From contig JAIPGM010000001.1 in the NCBI GenBank assembly GCA_021735655.1, positions 160,001 to 224,000 on the forward strand: DNA of 64,000 nt, written 5' to 3'. The DNA is from Candidatus Omnitrophota bacterium (GTDB lineage: Bacteria; Omnitrophota; Gorgyraeia; Duberdicusellales; 4484-171). Position 1 is the stretch's first letter, and every line of letters starts with the position of its first letter. Under the pieces are notes generated by a model. The model did not search any database and had not been told where the DNA came from. It saw only the letters and a list, made by a program, of their open reading frames with translations. A program made the position numbers and the translations under genes. Of this stretch, positions 31,039 to 39,076 are shown piece by piece.

Positions 31039-31041
31039 AGG

Positions 31042-31070
31042 TTGCTTTAAGACAAGCCTTAAGGTATAAT
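31042..31070 (+). promoter_or_regulatory. Candidate sigma70-type promoter immediately upstream of the peptide-binding protein gene: TTGCTT, 17-bp spacer, TATAAT. The predicted start site is about 2 nt before the ATG, so the transcript would be leaderless.
   Basis: -35 TTGCTT at 31042-31047 and -10 TATAAT at 31065-31070. No Shine-Dalgarno before ATG 31079. Confidence 0.35.
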
Positions 31071-31078
31071 TACTTTCA

Positions 31079-32797
31079 ATGAAGGCAATTAATGGTTTTT
31101 TTCTTGTGCTTTTATTACTTTTTCAACCTTTCCTGACTTATGCCGAATGTCCCTGTGCAAAGAATAAGCCTAAGCATGGCGGAGATTTGGTGTTGTCTAC
31201 GATAACTGACCCTAAATCATTTAATCCGATAGTTTCTAAAGAGGCTAATGTTGGGGCGGTTATGGGGTTAGTTTTTGAAGGGCTAACCCGTACTAATGGT
31301 GTGACAACTGAAGTTGAACCTAATCTTGCTTTGAACTGGGAAGTAGATGAAACCGGCAAAGTTTGGACCTTTAAGTTACGTGAAGATGTAAGCTGGGTAG
31401 ATGGAGAACTATTTACTGCTGACGATGTTGTGTTTACCTTTAACCAGCTTATCTATAATCCGGATATCGATACCAGCGCTCGAGATATCTTTACTATTGA
31501 AGGGAAAATTTTTAAGGTTGAAAAAATCGATAAATTTACCGTAAGATTTACTTTGCCGGTTAAGTTTGCTCCCTTTTTGCGTTCAATGGGCCATGAGATT
31601 ATGCCAAAGCATCTCTTAGAAGATGTGGTTAAACAAGGAAAATTTAACTCTCATTGGGGCTTGGACGCTAAACTTGAAACTATTGTTGGGACCGGTCCCT
31701 ATATGCTTTCAAAGTACTTACCTAGTGAGCGGATAATTTTAATTAGGAATCCCAACTACTGGCGAAAGGATAAACAGAAAAAAAGATTGCCCTATATTGA
31801 AAAAATAACTTACTTAATCGTTCAAAATCAAGATGTAGCTCTCCTAAAGTTTCAGCAGGCTGAGATTGACTACTATGGCCTTCGTGGTCCTGATTATCCA
31901 ATTTTAAAGCCTCAGGAGAAGGAAGGTAATTTTACGGTTTATAATACTGGACTGGGCTTTAGTACTAATTTTTTAGTTTTTAATCAAAATCCTGGAAAAA
32001 ATCCAAAAACTAAACAGCCTTATCTTGCCCCGGATAAATTAAAATGGTTTAGTGATGTAAAGTTTAGAAGAGCGGTTGCACACGCTATTGATAAAGAGTC
32101 GATAGTTAATATTGTAATGAATGGCCTAGGCGCTCCTCAATATTCGGCGATGAGCCCATCAAGTGGATTTTTCCATAATCCTAATGTAGAAAAGTACGAT
32201 TATAGCTTGGCGAAAGCCAAAGAGTTACTTAAAGAAATCGGCATAGTAGACCGCGACGATGATGGTAAAGTTGAAGATTCAAAAGGTAATAAAATCCAGT
32301 TCAACCTCTTTACTAATGCCGAGAATACTCAAAGGATAACAATAGCTAATATTATCAAAAAAGATCTTGAGCAGCTTGGCTTTATAATAAATTTTGTACC
32401 GCTTAGTTTCAATCAGCTAGCTAGTAAATTTGATTCTACTTACGACTGGGATGCAATAATTTTAGGGTTTACCGGCGGAATCGAACCGCATTTTGGAAGT
32501 AATGTTTGGCAGTCAAGTGGGCATCTCCATGCTTGGTATCCAAAACAGAAAAAACCAGCTACAAAGTGGGAAGCTGAAATTGATGATATTTTTAATCAAG
32601 GGGTTCAGGAATTAGATCGGGAGAAACGAAAAGTTTTTTATGATCGCTGGCAGGAAATAGTTGCCGAGGAGTTACCGTTGATCTATACAGTACTACCTTC
32701 AAGCATATTTGCCGTAAGAAATAAGTTTGGCAATTTAAATCCTACTCCTTATGGAGGAGCTTTTCATAACTTAGAAGAAATCTATATAAAAAAATAA
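31079..32797 (+). CDS. ABC transporter substrate-binding protein, family 5 (OppA/DppA-like peptide-binding lipoprotein or secreted protein)
   Basis: N-terminal signal-like hydrophobic stretch FFLVLLLLFQPFL followed by Cys. Family-5 SBP architecture and length (572 aa). First gene of a five-gene Opp/Dpp-type operon. Confidence 0.8.
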   Translation: MKAINGFFLVLLLLFQPFLTYAECPCAKNKPKHGGDLVLSTITDPKSFNPIVSKEANVGAVMGLVFEGLTRTNGVTTEVEPNLALNWEVDETGKVWTFKLREDVSWVDGELFTADDVVFTFNQLIYNPDIDTSARDIFTIEGKIFKVEKIDKFTVRFTLPVKFAPFLRSMGHEIMPKHLLEDVVKQGKFNSHWGLDAKLETIVGTGPYMLSKYLPSERIILIRNPNYWRKDKQKKRLPYIEKITYLIVQNQDVALLKFQQAEIDYYGLRGPDYPILKPQEKEGNFTVYNTGLGFSTNFLVFNQNPGKNPKTKQPYLAPDKLKWFSDVKFRRAVAHAIDKESIVNIVMNGLGAPQYSAMSPSSGFFHNPNVEKYDYSLAKAKELLKEIGIVDRDDDGKVEDSKGNKIQFNLFTNAENTQRITIANIIKKDLEQLGFIINFVPLSFNQLASKFDSTYDWDAIILGFTGGIEPHFGSNVWQSSGHLHAWYPKQKKPATKWEAEIDDIFNQGVQELDREKRKVFYDRWQEIVAEELPLIYTVLPSSIFAVRNKFGNLNPTPYGGAFHNLEEIYIKK

Positions 32798-33763
32798 ATG
32801 ACTGCTTATATTATCCGTCGCCTGCTTCTATTTATCCCATTACTTTTAATAATTACCTTTATCGGCTTTGCTTGTATTAATCTTGCTCCCGGTAATTACT
32901 TTGATAGCTTAAAGCAAAATCCCCAAGTATCCGAAGATACAATTAAGCAGTATGAAGCTAAATATCATTTAGACAAGAATGTTTTTATTCAGTATTATTA
33001 TTGGTTAGCTAATGTAGCTCGGCTTGACTTTGGATACTCTTTTACTTATAAGATACCGGTTTTTAAGCTCTTGAAGCTACGGATGTTTAATACAATCATT
33101 TTGTCGCTCTCGGTGCTTATTTTCAGTTGGTTAATTGCTATACCTTTGGGAATTTATTGTGCGGTTAATCAATATAAGTTTAGCGATAAGTTTTTTTCTT
33201 TTCTTTCATTCATCGGTCTTTCAATTCCTAATTTTTTCTTTGCTCTCTTACTTTTATATCTAGCTTCGGTAACTGGAATATTACCTTCAGGCGGAATGCA
33301 TTCCTTGGGTTATGAAAATCTAAGTCGCCTCGGAAAGATTTTTGATGTACTTAAACATTTAATTATTCCAACCTTAGTTATTGGTACGTCAAGTATTGCC
33401 GGACTGCAGCGTCTTATGCGGGGAAATATGCTCGAAGTCCTTAGAGCTCAGTATATTACAACAGCCAGAGCTAAAGGCTTGCCAGAGCGCAGAGTCATCT
33501 ATGTCCATGCAGTAAGAAATGCTATTAATCCGATGGTTACTATGTTTGGCGGAACTTTAGCCGGGCTTTTAAGCGGTGCAGCCTTAACCGAGATAATCTG
33601 CAGCTGGCCGGGGTTGGGTCAGTTGATGCTTGAAGCAGTAAGGAGCCAGGATTTATTTTTATTCGTTGGGGATCTGTTGATGATTAGTTTTCTTTTGATT
33701 ACTGGATATTTAATTGCCGATATATTATTAGCCTGGGTAGATCCGCGAATTCAGTATCAATAG
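32798..33763 (+). CDS. ABC peptide transporter permease (OppB/DppB-like)
   Basis: Polytopic membrane protein with the conserved permease region TTARAKGLPERRVIYVHAVRNAINP. Start codon abuts the SBP stop. Confidence 0.8.
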   Translation: MTAYIIRRLLLFIPLLLIITFIGFACINLAPGNYFDSLKQNPQVSEDTIKQYEAKYHLDKNVFIQYYYWLANVARLDFGYSFTYKIPVFKLLKLRMFNTIILSLSVLIFSWLIAIPLGIYCAVNQYKFSDKFFSFLSFIGLSIPNFFFALLLLYLASVTGILPSGGMHSLGYENLSRLGKIFDVLKHLIIPTLVIGTSSIAGLQRLMRGNMLEVLRAQYITTARAKGLPERRVIYVHAVRNAINPMVTMFGGTLAGLLSGAALTEIICSWPGLGQLMLEAVRSQDLFLFVGDLLMISFLLITGYLIADILLAWVDPRIQYQ

Positions 33764-33791
33764 AACGATAAGTTAAGATTGAACAATAAAG

Positions 33792-34886
33792 ATGAAAAAA
33801 GAAAATTCCAGCAATTTAACTAAAGGAATTCGCAAATTAAAAAGACACGGCTTGGCCATGGTTGCCTTTTGGACCATAGTGGCTTTATATCTATCGGCTG
33901 TCTTTGCCGGGTTTATTGCTCCTTATCATTATGATAATGAGGAAAGAACTTTAAGCTATGCTCCGCCGGTAAAAATTCACATTATTGATCAAAGCGGTCG
34001 CTTGCAGAGACCGTTTGTCTATAAAAGAACTTTTGAGTTTGACGAGTTTTATAATCGTGTATATAAGGAAGATAGAGCTAAAATGTATCCGATTAAATTT
34101 TTTACCAAAGGAGATAAATATAGCATTCTTTGGTTAGTTAAGAGCAACCGGCATCTTTTTGGCGTTGAAAATGAGGCGAGAATTTATCTTTGGGGTGCTG
34201 ATTCACGCGGTCGGGATATTTTTTCACGCATATTCTACGGTGGACAAATCTCTCTTTCGATTGGTTTTGTCGGAGTGATCATCGCTTTATTATTGGGTTT
34301 GTTTTTTGGCGGAATTTCCGGTTACTTTAGGGGAAAGACCGATACGATTATCATGCGGGTCTGTGAAGTTATTATGATGATTCCGGGATTTTATTTGATG
34401 CTGTCTTTGCGGAGTATATTTTCCTATTCTTTGACTTCTCTACAGATTTACTTTGCTTTGGTTTGCATAATGTCCTTTATCGGCTGGCCGGGCTTAGCCC
34501 GGGTTATCCGGGGGATGAGTCTTTCTCTGCGTGAGCGGGAGTTTGTTTTGGCGGCTAGGGCTTTGGGAGTTTCTGACTTGAAAATTATTTGGCGCCATAT
34601 TATCCCGCATACCTTTTCTTATTTAGTAGTTGCAGTATCACTCTCAATACCAGGATATATTTTAGGTGAATCAGCGATAAGTTTATTAGGTTTGGGTATT
34701 CAAGATCCTTACGCCAGCTGGGGAAATATGTTAAGTGAGTCAATGGCTATTGCTCAGATTAAATTTCACCCTTGGATATTAATACCGGGTGTATTTATTT
34801 TTATTACCGTAATGGCCTTTAATCTTTTGGGTGATGGTTTGCGTGATGTTTTTGATCCGAAGATGACTATTGGTCGGAAATTTTAG
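33792..34886 (+). CDS. ABC peptide transporter permease (OppC/DppC-like)
   Basis: LAARALGVSDLKIIWRHIIPH permease signature and N-terminal extension typical of OppC. Confidence 0.8.
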   Translation: MKKENSSNLTKGIRKLKRHGLAMVAFWTIVALYLSAVFAGFIAPYHYDNEERTLSYAPPVKIHIIDQSGRLQRPFVYKRTFEFDEFYNRVYKEDRAKMYPIKFFTKGDKYSILWLVKSNRHLFGVENEARIYLWGADSRGRDIFSRIFYGGQISLSIGFVGVIIALLLGLFFGGISGYFRGKTDTIIMRVCEVIMMIPGFYLMLSLRSIFSYSLTSLQIYFALVCIMSFIGWPGLARVIRGMSLSLREREFVLAARALGVSDLKIIWRHIIPHTFSYLVVAVSLSIPGYILGESAISLLGLGIQDPYASWGNMLSESMAIAQIKFHPWILIPGVFIFITVMAFNLLGDGLRDVFDPKMTIGRKF

Positions 34887-34901
34887 CTTTTTAATTTTAA
34901 T

Positions 34902-35867
34902 ATGGAAAATATATTAGAGATCAAGAATCTGCACACTTATTTTTACACTGAAGACTCAGTCGTTAAGGCGGTAGAGGGGTTGAACCTTTCGGTGAAGAGG
35001 AACGAGGCTTTGGGCTTGGTCGGTGAATCAGCCTGCGGAAAAAGTGTTACCGCTAGTTCAGTGATGCGCTTGATTCAGCCACCGGGTAAGAGTGTTAACG
35101 GCGAAATTATTTTTGAAGGGAACGATATTCTAAAGCTATTTCAAAATCAGATGCAAAAAATTAGAGGTAAGGATATCGCGATTATCTTTCAAGAGCCGTT
35201 TATGGCATTGAATCCGGTATATCGAATTGGTTTTCAAATTGGCGAGGCTATTGGCTTTCATCAAAAAGGGGTATCAAAGGAGACCAAAGAGAAAAAAGTT
35301 ATTGATCTTTTGAACAAAGTTGGAATTCCTGATCCAAAGTCAAGGCTAAATGATTACCCGCATAATTTAAGTGGCGGCCAAGCTCAAAGAGTAGTAATCG
35401 CAATGAGCCTATCTTGTGAGCCTAAGTTAATTATTGCCGATGAACCAACTACCAGCCTAGATGTAACCATCCAGGCTCAAATAATGGAGCTTTTGCTTAA
35501 GTTAAAAAAAGAGAGTAATTTTACTTTTATTTTAATAACCCACAATCTAGCTCTTTGTTCAGAGGTAGTTGACCGGATAGCAATAATGTATGCTGGCCGG
35601 ATAGTTGAATTGGCTAAAACAGAAGAAATATTTAAAAATCCCTTACATCCTTACACTCAGGCTTTGTTTTCATCTATCCCCAGGGGTGATTGTATTAAAA
35701 AGAAACTAAAAGTTATTGAAGGTTCAGTGGCAGATCCGGCTAGTAAACCTTTAGGCTGTCATTTCAATCCGCGTTGTCCAAAGAAAAAAGATAATTGTCT
35801 AAGCCAGTATCCGGAATATAAAGAGATTAGTCCAGGGCATTGGGTGAGTTGTCACTATGTGAAGTAG
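34902..35867 (+). CDS. ABC peptide transporter ATP-binding protein (OppD/DppD-like)
   Basis: Walker A GESACGKS, signature LSGGQAQRV, C-terminal oligopeptide/dipeptide transporter Cys-rich tail. Confidence 0.8.
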   Translation: MENILEIKNLHTYFYTEDSVVKAVEGLNLSVKRNEALGLVGESACGKSVTASSVMRLIQPPGKSVNGEIIFEGNDILKLFQNQMQKIRGKDIAIIFQEPFMALNPVYRIGFQIGEAIGFHQKGVSKETKEKKVIDLLNKVGIPDPKSRLNDYPHNLSGGQAQRVVIAMSLSCEPKLIIADEPTTSLDVTIQAQIMELLLKLKKESNFTFILITHNLALCSEVVDRIAIMYAGRIVELAKTEEIFKNPLHPYTQALFSSIPRGDCIKKKLKVIEGSVADPASKPLGCHFNPRCPKKKDNCLSQYPEYKEISPGHWVSCHYVK

Positions 35868-35873
35868 TAGACT

Positions 35874-36842
35874 ATGAGTGCAATATTAGAAGTTAAAAAT
35901 TTAAAGAAATATTATCCGATCAAAAGAGGTTTGTTTTATAAGACGGTTGGTTGGCTGAAAGCAGTTGATCGGGTGAGTTTTTCTCTTGAGCGGGGGAAAA
36001 CTTTAGCTTTAGTCGGTGAGTCTGGTTGTGGAAAAACCACTCTGGCTAGATCAATAGCTAAGCTAATTGAGCTGGACTCAGGCGAGATTAACTTTCTCGG
36101 TCATCAAATAACTAATATGACCGCAAGCCAGATGAGGCCGTTGCGTCGAGATTTGCAGATTATTTTTCAAGATCCGTTTAACTCTTTAGATCCCCGTTTT
36201 ACGGTAGCTAAAATTATTCAGGAAGGGCTAGCTGCTTTACATAGCGTAAAATCAAAACAGGAGATACTTGATTTATCAAAGAAGATGCTTGATCGGGTGG
36301 GTTTACCAGAGAATTGTTTAACTCTTTATCCGCATGAGTTTAGTGGCGGACAGCGCCAAAGAATTAGTATTGCCCGTTCATTAATTCTTAATCCGCAACT
36401 ACTTATTCTTGATGAACCAGTTTCAAGTTTGGATGTTTCTATCCAGGCCCAGATCATTAATTTATTGCTAGAGTTACAGGAAAGGTTTAAACTTACTTAT
36501 TTATTTATTGCCCATGATTTAAATGTAGTTAGGTGCGTCAGCGATGAGGTATGTGTGATGTATTTAGGAAAAATAGTTGAGCGAGCTCAGTCAAAAGAGT
36601 TGTTTGGGAATCCACTACATCCCTACACTGAGACTTTGCTTGCGGCATCACCGCAGCTAGAGGTTAAGAAAATAAAAAGAGTTCATATTGCTAGTGACAC
36701 TAAGGATCAGCCAAGGTCAAAAGGGTGCTCATTTTATTCTCGTTGCAGTTTTCGTTCTGATGGCTGTCGCAAAAAGCCACCGGAGTTAAGAGAGGTAAGT
36801 AGCGGCCATTGGCTTAGTTGTTTTAGGTCAAGCTTGCCATAA
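35874..36842 (+). CDS. ABC peptide transporter ATP-binding protein (OppF/DppF-like)
   Basis: Walker A GESGCGKTT, signature FSGGQRQRISIARSL, Walker B LLILDEPVSSLD. Confidence 0.8.
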   Translation: MSAILEVKNLKKYYPIKRGLFYKTVGWLKAVDRVSFSLERGKTLALVGESGCGKTTLARSIAKLIELDSGEINFLGHQITNMTASQMRPLRRDLQIIFQDPFNSLDPRFTVAKIIQEGLAALHSVKSKQEILDLSKKMLDRVGLPENCLTLYPHEFSGGQRQRISIARSLILNPQLLILDEPVSSLDVSIQAQIINLLLELQERFKLTYLFIAHDLNVVRCVSDEVCVMYLGKIVERAQSKELFGNPLHPYTETLLAASPQLEVKKIKRVHIASDTKDQPRSKGCSFYSRCSFRSDGCRKKPPELREVSSGHWLSCFRSSLP

Positions 36843-36914
36843 AACCGCGCCTTTTTCAGGACTTTTCTTTTTATTCTATTGATTTTTTTCCTTCGCTATT
36901 GATTTGTAATTTGG

Positions 36915-36942
36915 TTGGAATTCATTGAATTTAATGTATAAT
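36915..36942 (+). promoter_or_regulatory. Candidate sigma70-type promoter for the FAD-oxidoreductase gene and possibly the downstream exporter/radical-SAM genes: TTGGAA, 16-bp spacer, TATAAT
   Basis: -35 TTGGAA at 36915-36920 and -10 TATAAT at 36937-36942, inside the only sizeable intergenic gap (36843-36985). Confidence 0.4.
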
Positions 36943-36985
36943 AATTAAGATAATATCAATAAGGCTTTCTAAAGGGGCCTTTGTC

Positions 36986-38293
36986 TTGAAATTACCAATG
37001 AAAAGAAAGAGAATCCTGATTGTCGGAGGCGGGTTAGCCGGCTTAAGTGCTGCCTATTTTTTGGGTAAGCAGGGCCAAGCGGTATCTGTCTTTGAAAGAG
37101 AGAAAGAATGTGGAGGATTGTGCCGTTCAATAAAAAAGAATGGCTTTACCTTTGATTTTGGAGGTCATCTTCTGCACTTCCGAAGAAAGGATATTTTTCT
37201 GCTGGTCAAGAGACTTCTTAAGGGCAATTTGCTAAAACATAAAAGAAGTGCCTGGGTTGATACTCATCAACGTTTATTGCCTTATCCGTTTCAGGCTAAT
37301 CTTTTCGGTCTGCCTAAAAATATAGCTGCAGAATGCCTTCAAAACTTTATTGAGGTTAATACTAATGGACAAAAAACTGCTAAAACCAATAATTTTCGGG
37401 ATTGGATAGATAGCAATTTTGGTAAAGGGATTGCCAGGCATTTTATGGTTCCTTATAACCTTAAATTTTGGAAAATGCCCTTAGAAAACCTTTCTTATGA
37501 ATGGGCAGAGCGATTCGTAGTTCTTCCTTCGCGTAAAGATGTTGTTGAGGGGGCCATTGGAAGCCGAAGTAATAATTTAGGGTATAATTCCTTTTTTTGG
37601 TACCCTAAGCAAGGCGGAATAGAAGAGTTGATAAAGTCTTTTTCCGGTAGGGTGGATGATATTTTTTTAAATTCCGAAGCAGCAGAAATCGACCTAAAGA
37701 ATAAAGCAGTAAGGTTTAAGAATGGTTCCAAAGAGAAATTTGACATTTTAGTTTCTACCATACCTTTACCCGAGCTTGGCAAAATTATTAAAGGATTGCC
37801 AAAAGATATTTTATCTGAATTTAGAAGATTAAACTGGCTATCTATTTATAATATAAATCTAGGGGTAAAAGGAAATATTAGGCCAGGACAACACTGGATT
37901 TACTTTCCGAGAAAAGATAGTTCCTTTTTTAGAGTCGGATTTTTTAATAACTTTTCATCGCAGCTTGCGCCACGAGGCATGAGCTCTTTATATGCCGAAG
38001 CTTCATATCTCGGTGGTTCTGCGATAAGTAAGTCAAGGCTTGCCACGGCGATAAAAAAAGATTTAGCCAGAGCCGGAATTCTCGGAAAGGATAATTCTAC
38101 TTGTTGCGAATACACGAATGATATAGATTACGCTTATCCGATTTATGATAAGAATTATAGGACAGCCAGGCATAGAATTTTTAAGTTTTTGTCGAAAAAC
38201 AAGGTTGTTTCGGTCGGCCGTTATGGCGGTTGGCAATACCTATCTATGGAGGATGTTATTTTGGAGGCCCAAGCTACGGCTAGGAGTATATAA
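36986..38293 (+). CDS. FAD-dependent oxidoreductase (amine-oxidase / UDP-galactopyranose-mutase-like Rossmann flavoprotein)
   Basis: N-terminal dinucleotide-binding motif KRILIVGGGLAGLSAAYFL...FEREKECGG. Probable TTG start preceded by AAGGGG. Confidence 0.65.
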   Translation: MKLPMKRKRILIVGGGLAGLSAAYFLGKQGQAVSVFEREKECGGLCRSIKKNGFTFDFGGHLLHFRRKDIFLLVKRLLKGNLLKHKRSAWVDTHQRLLPYPFQANLFGLPKNIAAECLQNFIEVNTNGQKTAKTNNFRDWIDSNFGKGIARHFMVPYNLKFWKMPLENLSYEWAERFVVLPSRKDVVEGAIGSRSNNLGYNSFFWYPKQGGIEELIKSFSGRVDDIFLNSEAAEIDLKNKAVRFKNGSKEKFDILVSTIPLPELGKIIKGLPKDILSEFRRLNWLSIYNINLGVKGNIRPGQHWIYFPRKDSSFFRVGFFNNFSSQLAPRGMSSLYAEASYLGGSAISKSRLATAIKKDLARAGILGKDNSTCCEYTNDIDYAYPIYDKNYRTARHRIFKFLSKNKVVSVGRYGGWQYLSMEDVILEAQATARSI

Positions 38294-39076
38294 ATGAAGT
38301 TTAGAAAAAGAATAAAAAATGTATTTTTCCATAAATCCATTTTGTGGGAGATGTCGATTAAGCAGCTTAAGGCAAAGTATTCTGGTTCTATGTTGGGTAT
38401 TTGGTGGGCAGTGGCGACCCCTCTTATTCTGGCTGTAAGTATTAATTTTATTTTTACTAATGTATTTAAGGTGGGTATTGAAAATTTTACCTTTTTTGTT
38501 TTATCAGGGATAGTCCCTTGGCTATTGTTCTCTAATGCTATAAACGAAGCCGCCGGGTCTTTTATTGCCAATTTTTCGGTATTAAGGCAGGCCATTTTTC
38601 CTCGAGAGTTTGTTCCAATGACTTCGATTATCTCTAATTTTTTAATTTTTCTGATCGGTTTATTGATTCTGCTTCCTTTTTTTATTGTTTCTAATCCGAG
38701 GGTAATTACGGTTTTGCCGTTTCTGTTGGTAGTTTTATTTTTTTATTTATTTTTTCTTGTCGGGCTTGCTATGATTTTTTCATCTTTAAATGTTTTCTTT
38801 CGTGATGTATCCCATCTTTTAGCTATCGGGTTAATGGTTTGGTTTTGGGTTACGCCTATTTTTTACTCTTTGGATATGTTACCGGCTTCATTTCGCTGGA
38901 TCTGCTTAAGTAATCCAGTTACTTACTATGTAGTTTCTTATAGATTAATTTTGTTTGAAGCGAAGCCGTTATCCCTTCCAATTTTGTTAACTTTATTTTT
39001 TATTTCCTTTACGTCATTCATCGTTGGTTATGCCTTTTTCCTTAAAAATGAAAATAGTTTATTAAAACGAGTATGA
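38294..39076 (+). CDS. ABC-2 type polysaccharide/polyol-phosphate exporter permease (Wzm/TagG/KpsM-like)
   Basis: 260-aa six-helix membrane protein with ABC-2 family layout. The next gene starts 4 nt before its stop (translational coupling). Confidence 0.7.
   Translation: MKFRKRIKNVFFHKSILWEMSIKQLKAKYSGSMLGIWWAVATPLILAVSINFIFTNVFKVGIENFTFFVLSGIVPWLLFSNAINEAAGSFIANFSVLRQAIFPREFVPMTSIISNFLIFLIGLLILLPFFIVSNPRVITVLPFLLVVLFFYLFFLVGLAMIFSSLNVFFRDVSHLLAIGLMVWFWVTPIFYSLDMLPASFRWICLSNPVTYYVVSYRLILFEAKPLSLPILLTLFFISFTSFIVGYAFFLKNENSLLKRV

Noticed and set aside
31041-31065. Small inverted repeat (ttaag ... cttaa) just after the giant ORF stop, as a terminator
   Set aside because: It is a 5-bp AT-rich stem with a 6-nt loop and no U-tract. 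It also overlaps the candidate promoter.
36843-36900. Terminator after the second importer ATPase gene
   Set aside because: T-runs are present, but I cannot find a GC-rich stem preceding them by eye.
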